A stretch of 64,000 nucleotides of DNA from Paramecium tetraurelia. Taxonomy: Eukaryota. This document shows positions 26,334 through 39,055 of this stretch, in pieces; position 1 is the stretch's first letter, and each line of letters starts with the position of its first letter. The translations under genes were made by a program, and so were the position numbers. The notes under the pieces were generated by a model. That model had not been told where the DNA came from and searched no databases. It saw nothing but the letters and a program-made list of their open reading frames with translations. Location of the stretch: assembly GCA_000165425.1 (NCBI GenBank), contig CT868185.1:310001-374000 (forward strand), in the 5' to 3' direction.

Positions 26334-27684
26334 ATGCTATAGAAAATAATTGTGGCCTTTAGTTCTACTGCTAATACTTTCAAAAATAAGTCTAAATTAA
26401 CAGAATTTTATAAGGCAATACATCCAGATATGTTGTAAAATGCACCCGATAATGTGAAAATGGAGAATACAAGATCATTGAAGATTCTTAACAATTATTT
26501 TGATGCTGTGTCATAGAATGAACGTACAGAACCACAAGAATTGGTCTTTTATATGGCTGAAAAGCAGAACACAAAAGCAAGAAAGTTTTTGCCATTTACA
26601 ATAGTATTGGATGCATATTTGGGAAAGGATTAATAGGGTGCAATAGATAAGTAAGATGAATCACACTTATTATAGAGTGACAACTCAAATAAGGGAGTAG
26701 ATAAATTAGAAATACTAGGAAATAAGAAAGGATTTTACAGAGAAGCATGCTAATCCCTTTGTTACTTATACAAATCAGTATGAAAAAGCCAAGAAAAACT
26801 TCTTTGAAACAACAACAACTTTGAAGAAGAGGTCGTCAACTCAAGAATCTGAGTAGTTAGCAATGAGAGCGTCTATCTTTTCAGCTCAAATGCAATCAGA
26901 ATATGACAATTTTTTGAAGAGTGCTACTTAACAAATGAGACAAGCAAATATGCCACAAATAAAACCCAGGTTATGGGCTAGTATTATGATTGACAAATGC
27001 GATATGATACCTAACTTATTTCAAATATTTGATTAATTGATTGATCCAAGGTTAATATTTTTTGATCAAGACTTAACTAAGGAAGAAAGCGACATATGTA
27101 TGGACATTAATTTAATTAAATTAGTTGTTGAAAAAATCATACCAAAAACAACGAATCTTATGAGTGTGTAGGCATTATCACCATTGTTTTCAAGATTGGA
27201 AAAAGCTGATCCTTAGATATGTTTATATGTTACCAAGAGATATGGAGCAACAGATATCCCAGGATATTTCAGTGTAATGTTTATATGATATTCATTTAGA
27301 TTCCATATAATTTTGATGTGTAAGAAATACAACAACAATTTGGAATTTATTAAAAGCAGATTAAATAGGAAAGAGAGGAGTATGAATAGGAATTGAAGAA
27401 ATATTAATAATCACTGTACAATTTGGCAGATCGTTATTCTATCACCAATATTTAAAATGAAGTGGTATAATATTGTCCATATGATTTAGCTATTAAAAAA
27501 CACAGAGGTAGTAAGAAAACTAAATTTGAGTTTATTGATCTTGTAAAAATAATTGAATGAGGTGAATACTTAGAGACTGAACAACTTACGAATGAAATAG
27601 TGGGTGTTGACAGAGAGTGTTAGTAAGACAGTAGATAGCAATGATCATTTCTATATACCTATTCCTTTTAGTGGGACAGTTTGA
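26334..27684 (+). CDS. DUF4460/TCAIM-like putative mitochondrial protein
   Basis: LTEFYKAIHPDMLQNAP...ENTRSLKILNNYF resembles the J-like DUF4460 domain; presequence-like N-terminus; short introns; stop approximate. Confidence 0.65.
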
Positions 27685-27739
27685 ATGTTTATAATTAAAA
27701 ATGTAAATTAAATGAGTGTGTTTTTATATGATTTGAATA

Positions 27740-29330
27740 TCATTAACTGAGTCCAGGTCTTTTCTCATTGATAGAGTCAGCCATTTTAGCAGTCTAAAAT
27801 GCCCCATTTGCTAAATATGATATGATAATTATTTACAATCTTTAATGCTATCTAGAAGTGTTTTAGGTATACGGTTGTCAGGACAAGCTCCTTTGGTTTA
27901 GACTAGACTTTCACTTTGTTATCTTAATCCTTTTTGAATTTGCATCATTCTAAAAACAAATTTGATTTTGCTTTTCAAGAAGACATCTTTATTTTTGTGT
28001 TGTTAGTCTCCTACTAATTCCTTGAATTTGGCAATATCATCTTCATCAACGATCTCATCCATGGCTTCCCCATCTCTAGGTTGTATGATGTGGAACAACA
28101 CTTCAGTGACTACAATAATGAGATTATGACTAATAACCTTTTTCTGCAACAAATGGAATAGACCAAGTGAAGATATCCATGAAATTGGGTAATAGATATG
28201 GATGCTAACTATAATTGTATTGTTGAATATTCAGATCATTATTCTAGAGAGTAGTAGAAATTACATACTTTGAATTTAATGACAGCACCCTTATTATTGT
28301 AGACATCACAATAATTGGGAGCCGAAAATATTGTAATGACCATAGGGAAATCTTATCCTCCATCCCATCTGTGCATTTTGTATCCTTCTAATTGAGCTTC
28401 ATGGGCTCTGATGACAGATATCAATTTGTTTCTTTCCAAGAATCGACTAACTGCCTCCATTCCATAAAAGTATGAACAGCCTCTGACTTCATTAATTCGA
28501 AATTGTCCTTCGCAAATTCCATCATCATTATCCACAGGATCTGCCCAAAGGATGTCACAGAATAGTCCATTCTTTGGTGGTTCTCTGAATCTCTCTACCA
28601 AATTGACATCAGTGACCTTGATATGAATTAGATATGTTATACATTTCTTAATTCTGGAGAGATTCCTCCATGAAGTGCAATGAATTGATTATTTATAATG
28701 CAAGCCAATGGAAGGTTGTCGAATGAATCCATGAAAACATCATACAATTCTTAATCGTACTTGTATTTGCATTCGTCCATGAAGTTAAAGAATGAAGTGA
28801 GTTGTCTGCATTCATGATTGCCTCTCAACATATAGATAGTGCGTGGATAATTGATTTTTAGTGAATACAACAAAATTAACACTTCTATGGAGAATGGTCC
28901 TCTGTCAACATAATCCCCCAAAAACACATATTTCTAAGACTCAGGATTGCCTCCAACATCAAGAATTTTAAGAAAATCATAAAATTATCTAACCTATTAT
29001 TTTCAACATACCCATGAATATCTCCCACCACGGTCAAAGGATCTGACAGATGTATCAAACTGCCCTCATTCTCTTAACTATAATGTACGATTGCTTACTA
29101 AAGATTTTGTTTGCCATTGTCACCAACTTTATTACTTCCTTTTTCGCAATTCTTCCCTCTCTTTCTAAATGTTCCTTTATGAGTTTCCAGTCAGGTTTCC
29201 CTATGATCAATAGCCATCAATTACCTTAATTCTTGGCTGGAAACATCAGGTCATTATCTAGAGGTCGATGAGGAGGTAAAGGAACTTACTTGACTACTCT
29301 ATCCTGTGCTGGATCACAAAGTGGTTACAT
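27740..29330 (-). CDS. calcineurin A (PP2B catalytic subunit)
   Basis: [82 protein letters not shown] and C-terminal autoinhibitory DSINEKRP. Confidence 0.95.
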
Positions 29331-29357
29331 ATTAATTTTTATTATCGTTTTTATACG

Positions 29358-30727
29358 ATGAACATATTCCTATACTCCCTTCTGATATTTCTTGTCTTCT
29401 GTGGACAAGAACAGGGCACCTTCCTCTCAGAGCAAAGTACTACATCACAAGAGAATTAACTCTATACCATAAAGTTAAAGGAAACCCACACAATCGTACT
29501 CCATTTATTCATACTCAAAATAGGTGTCCGCTAAGGAAATGTATGACTTCTTAACCACCAAATAAACCTACTTCAGATAGTAGACTCCTATCGATGTCTA
29601 GGAAATCGAATTCGGAGGATATGTACCAAAACCACAATAAAATACAGAGAAGAGAGTAGCAGATCTTAAATTGCATAATTTCAAGAATACCCAATTTACT
29701 GGTCCCATCAGTGTAGGTGATCAAGAATTCTAGGTTATTTTCGATACTGGATCTGCCAATTTTTGGATTGATTCTGTGAAATGTAAAAATGAAGGATGCA
29801 AATAACATACACAATATAAACCAGGTTTCAGTTCTAAACATCTTGGATATGCATTGAATGTCTAATTCGGTACAGGTGATTTGAATGGAGAAGTCAATTC
29901 AGATGTTGTCAAATTAGGAGAAATAGAGGTTGAAGATCAAAACATTGCTGAAATAATTGAAGAAAACGGGTCTGTGTTCTAAAATGTATTTTTATCAAAC
30001 CATTATTTAAGTCTGGATTTGACGGCATTGTTGGTTTGGCATATCCCTCCATGGCTGCCTATAACTTAAATCCACTATTCGATAACATAATGAAATAAAA
30101 GAAATTGCAATCCAACCAATTTTCATTTTACATGAGCAACAAAGTCAACAGTCTTGAATCATAACTCACTTTTGGTGGTTACGATTCCACCAAACTTGAC
30201 GGTCCAGTTCATTATCATCCTGTCATTGATAAATACTATTGGATGATTAAAGCTGAGAACATTCTAGTCAATGGTCAGGATTAAGGGTTCTGTCCCAAAG
30301 GTTGCAAAGTTGTTGCTGATACTGGCACATCCCTTATTACTGGTCCATATGATGACTTGATGAAATTGCTAGGTAATTAAAATCATATTCATTTTAGATC
30401 TTACCAACATCAATGACAATTGTTCCAATGCCAAAGAATTGCCAACTCTTACATTCAGAATTGATGGAGTCAATTACGATCTAGAAGCCAAAGATTACAT
30501 CATGGAGTTGAAAGATGATGGAACTGAAATTCCTTTGAGCAATGAAGTTTCAGCATCTGCCTTCATTGAAGGATCTTCCAAACTAATGCATTGGAGCATT
30601 TATGCCTTTAGATATCCCAGATCCACAAGGTCCAGCCTGGATTTTAGGAGATATCTTCTTGACAAAATACTTGAGTATCTATGACAGAGATATGAATATG
30701 GTAGGATTTGGAAAGGCTAAACATTGA
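29358..30727 (+). CDS. pepsin/cathepsin D-family aspartic protease (apparent +1 frameshift near 30580)
   Basis: Signal peptide; NFKNTQFTG, VIFDTGSANFW, FDGIVGLAYP, VADTGTSLITGP, WILGDIFL. Confidence 0.92.
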
Positions 30728-31056
30728 AAAATTAATATTACCCTATTTCGAAAAAATTTAATAATTACATAAAATTTTAAATAATCATCTATTTATATAA
30801 TAAAATAAAAAATCAAAATTTCTATTTTCACCTCAAATAATTCTTTATAAAAATAAAACTAGTTTATCGATAATCTATTTGATAATTTCCAATTGTTTCT
30901 CATATACTTTAATCTTCCTTGTATGTGAATTAACTTAAATGGAACAATAAATTTGATTAAAGTTCATTGTAATATTTCGTATTATTTTTAATACGTATTA
31001 TTTTATTATATAAAAATTGGAAGCAAATCTTGTTATTTGTATTACATAAATTTCTA

Positions 31057-32585
31057 ATGATAGCAGCTCCCAAGATATTTGAGAATCATTTGGCAGAAAA
31101 GACTGAATCCCCTGACTTTTATATTCAACAATTCTATATCGAGTGTCTTTCTACTTTCTCGTATTACATTGAATCCAAAGGGGAAGTCGCAGTAATAGAT
31201 CCCTTGAGGGACATTCATTAATACATGTATGATTCATAGTATTATTATGATTAGTGAGTTATCCAAAAATAGGAATGCCTAAATCAAATGGATACTAGAG
31301 ACTCATTTCCATGCAGATTTTGTTAGTGGACATAGAGAATTAGCAAATCTGACAGGAGCAACCATTGTTTATGGACCAACAGCCGTGGCCAGTTATCCAA
31401 TTAAGGAAGCAAAAGATGGAGAGTTGCTTCCATTAGGGAGTGTATAAATTAGAGTGGATCATACCCCAGGACATACAATGGGAAATCAAGTTGTTTTGTT
31501 TTAGTTCACAATGGGAAAGATCACTCGGTCTATACTGGAGATACACTATTTTTGGGTGAAGTTGGAAGGCCAGATTTAGCTGTGAAGGTGGGTGAACTAA
31601 CAGTCGAAATGTTGGCTTCGTATCTTTATGATTCCTTGAGAAATAAAGTGATGAAGTTGAATGATGATGTCATTGTTTATCCAGGACATGGAGCAGGATC
31701 ATCTTGTGGAAAATCCATTGGAGCAGGCAAGTGCTGTACAATTGGGATGCAAAAAAAGAACAATTATGCTCTTTAAGATATCACAAAGGAGGAGTTTATC
31801 AATCAAGCTCTTAAGGGAATGCCCAAGCCTCCTTAATATTTCTTTCATGATGCAAAATTAGTAATTGTAGTAAATTATAAATATAGAATAAAAGTGGTGC
31901 TAATGATTTTTCTGCTATTTTAAGTGAAGTCCAGAAAGCCTTAACATTTGAGGAGTTTATGAACTACGTAAAGTAGGGAGCTTTGATTCTTGACACAAGA
32001 CCAAATATTTAAGAAGGTGTAATAAAAGGTGCTATTAATATTACATTTATGTCTGGTTTAGTAAATTTTGTGGGGTCTATTATCAAACCAGAAACAAAAT
32101 TAGTTATAATTGGAAAGGATGGAGAAGCAAAGGATTCCATATTAAGATTATTAAGAATTGGTTATGATAATATATTTGGATATTTGGATGGAGGATTTGA
32201 AACATATAAAAACAATGGAGGAGAGTTGGCAACTCAAGTTTAAATAGTTGGACTTGAGGAACTCTGTAATATCAATGATAATCCAAGTAATAAGTAAATC
32301 ATTAGATTAGACGACCACGTTTTTGTGGATGTTAGAGGAGTGGGAGAATTGAGAGAGACTGGATTTGTTAAAGGGGCCATTTGTATAGTTTTGTCTGAGA
32401 TAGAGGGAAATGTTGATAAGATACCAAAGGATAAAAAATTGCATATTTATTGCAAGTCAGGATGGAGAGCAAAGATTGCGATGAGCATTTTAGTGAGAAG
32501 TGGATTCGAGAGGATTATGATTAGTCAGGATGGGGGATTTGAAGATATGTGGGAGAAAAAGTTGATTGAAAGAGTGGACATGTGA
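31057..32585 (+). CDS. MBL-fold persulfide dioxygenase-rhodanese fusion, copy 1 (apparent +2 frameshift at ~31481)
   Basis: IDPLRD, ETHFHADFVSGH, HTPGHT, TGDTLFLGEVGRPDL, YPGHGAGSSCGK, two rhodanese-like domains, active-site YCKSGWRA. Confidence 0.9.
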
Positions 32586-32680
32586 TGATGAATTATGATT
32601 TCCCATATTAAATATTATATATTATTGTGTTAAATACACAACAATAGTTGGATAATTATTTCTAAATTTTTAATTAAGAT

Positions 32681-34001
32681 ATGAGATAGTTCGCAATCTC
32701 TTTGTTCAAAGTATCGTAGACACAATTTGCACATATACCAAAATTCTATTTCTCAAGTAAATGGTTTGCATAATGTAATTAGAAAAGGTAGTGAATGTGC
32801 CAACAATGGGTGATTCAATAACAGAAGGAGATGTAAAGGAGTTGTAGAAGAGTATGCTTGTTAAATTTGATAGTTAGAGGTGGGAGATTATGTGAATCAA
32901 GATGATGTGATTGCATTGATAGAGACAGATAAAGTCACCATTGACATCAGATGTGCAGATTCTGGACTGATTACTTAAATGTTCGCTGCTGATGGTGCTA
33001 AGGTTGAAGTCGGCAAGCCCTTCTACGAAATTGATACTTCGGCTGCCAAACCAGCTGGTGCTCCTGCAGCTGCAGAAACAAAGAAGGAAGAGAAGAAAGA
33101 ATAAAAGCAAGAAGTGAAACAAGAATAAAAGCAAGAAGCACCTGCAGCATAAAAGAGTACTCCACCTCCAGCTGCAAAGCCTGCTGAGAAGAAACCTGTT
33201 GCTCCATCTGTGACTACTCCCACTTAGAGAACAGAAAAAAGAGTACATCTCTAAATTTACAATTAGGAACCAATGTCAAGAATGAGACAACGTATCGCTT
33301 AGAGATTGAAGGATGCTTAGAATACTTATGCATTGCTTACCACATTTTAGGAATGTGATATGAGTGCTGTTATGGAGGCAAGAGAAGCCATGTAGAAGGA
33401 TTTCTAAAAAAAGCACAATGTTAAATTGGGTTTCAGTTCATTCTTCATTAAGGCTGCTGTCAAACAATTGTAAGAACAACCAATTGTCAATGCAGTTATC
33501 GATGGCACCGACATTGTTTATAGAAATTACATCGATATTTCTATGGCTGTTGCCACACCCACAGGGGCTTATGGTACCAGTTCTTAGAAATTGTGAACGT
33601 CTCAGTTTTGCTGATATCGAAAAAGTACTCAACACTATTAAATCACTAGACACTTATTGATTTAGCTGAAAAGGGGAGACAGGGAAAAATCTCAGCAGAT
33701 GATATGGTTGGTGGAACATTCACTATCTCAAATGGTGGAGTCTTTGGAAGTTTGATGGGAACACCAATCATCAATGCTCCTCAATCTGCAATTTTGGGAA
33801 TGCATGCTATCGTCAATAGACCAGTTGTTAGAAACGATTAAATTGTTGCTCGTCCCATGATGTAACACTCTTATTTCAACTCATAGGTATCTTGCATTGA
33901 CATATGATCACAGAATTCTTGATGGAAAGGATGCTGCCACTTTCCTTAAGAAATTAGCTACTTCAATTGAAGATCCAAGAAGAATATTATTAGATGTTTG
34001 A
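32681..34001 (+). CDS. DLST: 2-oxoglutarate dehydrogenase E2 (dihydrolipoamide succinyltransferase), apparent +1 frameshift at ~33565
   Basis: [11 protein letters not shown], lipoyl motif [59 protein letters not shown]. Confidence 0.95.
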
Positions 34002-34146
34002 TGTATCAAATTTTATGCAAATAAAAATAAGTAAATTAGATATTCTTAAAATATATTTGTAATTCAATAAATTATGGGTTTGCATTGAAATGTAATGGAT
34101 TCCTAAAGCTAAATCTTTTTAAATAAAATATTTTGTAATTCTTAAA

Positions 34147-35706
34147 ATGAATGCTTGTAATGCCACACCAGCTTACGTTAATGCTCAAAAAGCCTAACTA
34201 GTCGGAGAGAACTTCTACATATAATAATTCTAAGTCAGTTGTTTGGGTTAATTTTCCTATTACATTGAATCCAATAACGAAGCTGCAGTAATTGACCCCA
34301 TGAGAGACTATGAAGAATACATGTATTCAAGTTCATCTTATATTCCTAGCAAATTTTCTGAATCAAGAAATTCTCTGATCAAATATGTGATATTAACACA
34401 CATACATGCTGATTTTGTGGCAGGACACGTAGATTTAGCTAAAATCACAGGAGCTCAAATTGTCTTAGGTCCTGAAGCCGTTACTTCCTATTAAGCAAGA
34501 ATTGCATAAGATGAATGTATATAATCTTAATAGCCATCATTAGAATTGTTGCCTCTCGGAAACGCATTTCTTAGAGTCTTACATACACCTGGCCATACTT
34601 TAGAGTCCAGCTGCTTCGTGTTCGTAGTTGATGGGAAGGACCATGCCGTTTTCAGTGGAGATTCACTCTTCCTTGAAGAAGTCGGCAGACCTGATCTCGC
34701 ATCTAAATCTTCAGGTTTGACCACTCATCAACTTGCTTCACTTCTTTATCATTCCTTGAGAAACAAAATCATGAAACTTAATGATGATGTCATTCTCTAT
34801 CCTGGACATGGAGCAGGTTCTGCTTGTGGTAAAGCTATTGGAGCAGGTACTGTCAGTACAATTGGTGAATAGAAACTCAAAAATTGGGCATTGTAGGATA
34901 TTACTGAAGAAGATTTCGTTAAGGCATCAACAGATATACCAAATCCTCCTTAATATTTCTTTCATGATGTGCAAATTGTAATTAGTTGATATATTAATAT
35001 CCTAGAATCGTCAAGGTGCTAGTGACCTACAAACCATTAAATAAAAAGTTACAAAAGCCTTGAATTATTAAGAGTTTACTCAAGTTGCTGCTGATGGTGC
35101 TTTAATATTAGACTCCAGAGATATCGTTAGCAAAGGAATCATCAAAGGCTCCATCAATATTACCTAAGTAGCTACTCTTGCTTCTTTTGTTGGCATTCTC
35201 TTCAAGCCAGATCAAAAAATGGTCATAGTTTCAGATGAAGGCAAAGAAGAACAAACCATCATTAGATTGCTTAGAATCGGATATGAAAATATTCTTGGAT
35301 ACTTGGAGGGAGGATTTGACAATTATGTGAGAAATGGAGGAGAAGTCCAATAATTAAATATTGTTGATTTGAAAGATTTCTTAGATACTCATGATTAACC
35401 TGAAAATCACGTGTTCATCGATTGCAGAAACCCTTTTGAATTCAAAACTACAGGAATCGTTCCAGGATCTTTGATGATCCCTCTATTCTAAATAGAGAAT
35501 TAAGTAAAAATTCATCCTATTCCTTATAGCTTGATTTGATTCCAAAAGACAAGACATTACACATCTATTGTCGTTCAGGAGCCAGAGCTAAAACTGCTGC
35601 TACCATATTATTAAGACATGGTTATTCAGACTTTGTTCTGATTTAGAATGCTGGACTTGAACATATTGTCAAGGAACATAAAATTCAAGCTCAAAAAGTG
35701 GATTGA
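34147..35706 (+). CDS. MBL-fold persulfide dioxygenase-rhodanese fusion, copy 2
   Basis: THIHADFVAGH, HTPGHTLES, EVGRPDL, YPGHGAGSACGK, YCRSGARA; four short introns. Confidence 0.92.
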
Positions 35707-35789
35707 TTTTCTATTATACATAACAAATTAATTTAAATCATTTTATATATATTTTATATTTCATATTATTTATAATTCTATTCAATTTA

Positions 35790-36939
35790 TCATTCTAATG
35801 AGAAAATCTGTTATAAAGAAAGTACATATTTATTCAATTAAACTTTTAGAATGTAAATCGTCATTTAGCTATTTTATCAAATTCTAATTGCAAAATATTT
35901 TATATTTCTAAAATGAACAATTAGATTTTGAACATAGTTAAATTGTAAAAACTTAATGCTCCTCTATTGTTATTGGAGTATTTAATTATAATAAATATTT
36001 ATTTTATAAAGTTGGCCTCTACTTCACCAGTGACTCATGTATTATTTTCACGTCTTATTTTTGTATTAATTCATTATTACTATTAAGATAAATTGATAAT
36101 TTAATCTCTAAATTTCTCTAAAGATTTAATCATATACATACTCGTTATCTCTCTATAGGCAGTAAGTGAGGAATGTAAATACCTAAGAGCTAAAATCTCT
36201 ACAAACTAATTGCACTAAACCCGATCGGCTTTTAAGTTAGAATAAATGATTAATCAGGTACCTTTTCTTGGAGTCGATGCATTACTTTTAATTATTAATG
36301 TTTTATGATGTTTAAGCTTTTAGTGAATTATATTAAATTTTGAATATCTTTTTAAGCTTCTGAAAAATTCATCTTTTATATGTCATCCAAATAGTCAGAA
36401 AATTCTTTCATAATTATGGTATTAATTCCTGACTTTTCAAAGTTATAATAAACATATTTATTGAAATCTTAAATGAGTTGTTTTAGCTCTGAGATAAAAA
36501 ACCTTTTCTTATTTTGTTTATCAACAAAATTTTATTTGAAGAGTTGTTACAAATGATATTAAGTATCAAATCTATCTTTGAGTTAAGCCATTTGATTTTC
36601 CATATTTTCAAAGATTTCCAAAATCTTGAATTTCAATGTTTTTATACTTTCAAAAGCCTCCTAAAGGCAAGCCTGTTACTCAATTTTATTTTATTATCTA
36701 TAGTAGAGATCTGTTAAAAAATTATATGCATTTTCGATAAGTAGATATTCTGAATGTTTATGAGAGGTCTCTCTTTTGTTTAGGCATTAAACACATAACT
36801 CTTCAAATTTCTTAGGACATTGTTCATTTACACAAAAGTAAACAATATTCTCCTGATGTCCTAGTCTGGAACATTGTGGCATGGCTCTTTTATAATGAGA
36901 ATGTAATTACTAGTAAAAATTCGGTATCTTATACTCCAT
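35790..36939 (-). CDS. hypothetical protein with N-terminal Cys/His zinc finger and coiled coil
   Basis: CSRLGH..IVYFCVNEQC...LCVQC...H; two introns; open to TGA 35790. Confidence 0.7.
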
Positions 36940-37210
36940 TAATATTTTTATTTTATTATTATTGATTGTATTTAATACATGAGTTCGGAGACACACTTTA
37001 GAAATGCAAATCAAATCAACCAAATTCAGGGAATTACTAATATTTGAACACTTAGAATAGTATTGGATTATACAATGATTACACAGAATTATCAGACAAG
37101 TGTATGATTAATATTAAATAGAATGGAACACAGGCGATATTGAAAATGTGAAAAATTGTTGATCTGATTTGCTATGAAATAGGAATTATTTTGTTTATTT
37201 TGATAATAAA

Positions 37211-37478
37211 TCATTTCTTATCTCCTTTGGCTTAATATCCTGCAACTGGATCAGTGATAACTAAAGGGTTAAGTCATACAATTTACATCTGATATCAGTG
37301 ACTTTTCCTTGAGTGTATGTTCTGAGTTTGTAATTAATGGATAATCTGTTTTGAACAGCAGTTGGAAGACCACTAATGGTAAATGAAATATTGGATACTT
37401 CTTGACTCCTTCAGCTGAGTGAATGAAATTTCTGATGAGTGTAATTCCACCTCTCTTGAAAGCGAATTCGATACACAT
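37211..37478 (-). CDS. mitochondrial ATP synthase F1 subunit epsilon (ciliate type)
   Basis: Spliced 71 aa MCIEFAFKRGGITLIRNFIHSAEGVKNGLPTAVQNRLSINYKLRTYTQGKV...KGDKK; resembles, from memory, the Tetrahymena F1 epsilon; two introns. Confidence 0.75.
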
Positions 37479-37555
37479 TTATGAGAGGTATATTTAATAT
37501 TAATATATATGTGCTTTTGTATCTCTAAAATAATGGATGGTCTTTGTCCTTAAAA

Positions 37556-38479
37556 TCAGGTTAAGAAAGTGCATTTTTCCTTAACTTGATAGTTTTTTAG
37601 GAATATATATATTAAAATACAGGATCATATGCTGTGCCAAAAAATCGATCTATCTTGGCATCCCCATAGTTGACTACGTAATAGAGATGGTGTCTGTAGT
37701 GATCGGAGTGATCGTATTTTCTAATACATAAATGAATCTAATACCCTCCATCATGGGCGAATAGGTCGTTGAATGCCATCATTCCTCCATAAATCATAGT
37801 TTACATAGGATGAATTGGCAATATCAATTCAGCAGTATGGAGAAGAAGATTGCCCTCTATGAATCCTTCCAAGGGATGAGCAGCACAGTAACTGAAGGCA
37901 GTAGGTTCCTTAAAAGAGTGATGGACACTGTGAATGTATTTATAAAAATATTTCAAGTGGAGCATCCTATGAGTCCAATATCCCACACCTAAATAAGAAA
38001 TAAATAAAGGGAGCATTTGTACATGTAGTCCATAGCCAATGAAATGTTATTCCATACAGAAAGTGAAAGACAGTATAATCATGGGTTTCGAAATATTTGT
38101 AGTAAGGAGTGTAGGGATATAAATAATAATAAAAGGACTTTTGAGTGTTAATACAATATATACCATTGATACGAAGCATCCAAATATGAGTTATACTATT
38201 CCATATCTAATTTCCCTAAAAATATTCTAAAGACGTAGTTTATTCTTTGGCATTGGATTGTAGTACTCCACAATCGAACAGCAAATCAAATATTGCATGA
38301 TTCCGCCAATCGATCCAAATATGATCTTCTTAGTTAAAGAGAAGTACCTTTTCGATATATTACTCGAAGGTGTTAACGTAGATGTGCTTCTCTCCAAAAC
38401 TGATGTCTTCCATTTGGCCTCGAACAACGGGAATCACAATTGCAAGAATAATCAAAAAGATTTATCTGAATTTAATCAT
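37556..38479 (-). CDS. fatty-acid hydroxylase/sterol desaturase superfamily protein
   Basis: His boxes YWTHRMLH, IHSVHH, HPLE, AHDG, HYRHH and VNYG...IDRFFGT; 3' end uncertain. Confidence 0.85.
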
Positions 38480-38523
38480 TTAACAATATTATTAAAATAT
38501 AATGTCATTAAAAATTTTATATA

Positions 38524-39029
38524 TGAATGCATTATCATTAATAATAATAAATTTGAATTCAAATGCTTGATAATTGGTACCATCCACACACTATTCAATA
38601 GCGATTCCATCCGAAAAGGCTTGTTATACAACTCAGCCATGAGAGAACACATAGAGGATGAAGTTGTAGCATCTTTCGAACAGAAGAGGGGAATCAATTA
38701 TCAACATGAATACATGAGACTCTACATTGCAAATGTAGTTTTGACTCAATAACTTAAAGAGCTACTATAGGAGAAAGGGGATTTGATTTCCAAAATCAAT
38801 AGATTAGAAGTATCAAATAGCCAATAATATTTAGGAAACAGAAGTTTGCAAGCCTAATTCAAGGAAATAGGACTATGAAGATTCGAAGAAAATAGAACAA
38901 CCAAGCAAAAAACAAATAGGTATCTCAATTATAATTATCATTAGTGCAGAGGGTTCAACTAAATATAATGATGAAAATGTTGTACACAATCATCAATATT
39001 AAACTCGAAAATTAATTAAAAAAAATTGA
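38524..39029 (+). CDS. short coiled-coil protein or relic
   Basis: NYQHEYMRLYIANVVLTQQLKELLQEKGDLISKINRLE followed by two intron-like segments; start and end uncertain. Confidence 0.4.
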
Positions 39030-39055
39030 AATTTTAAACATGTTTATCTATGAAA

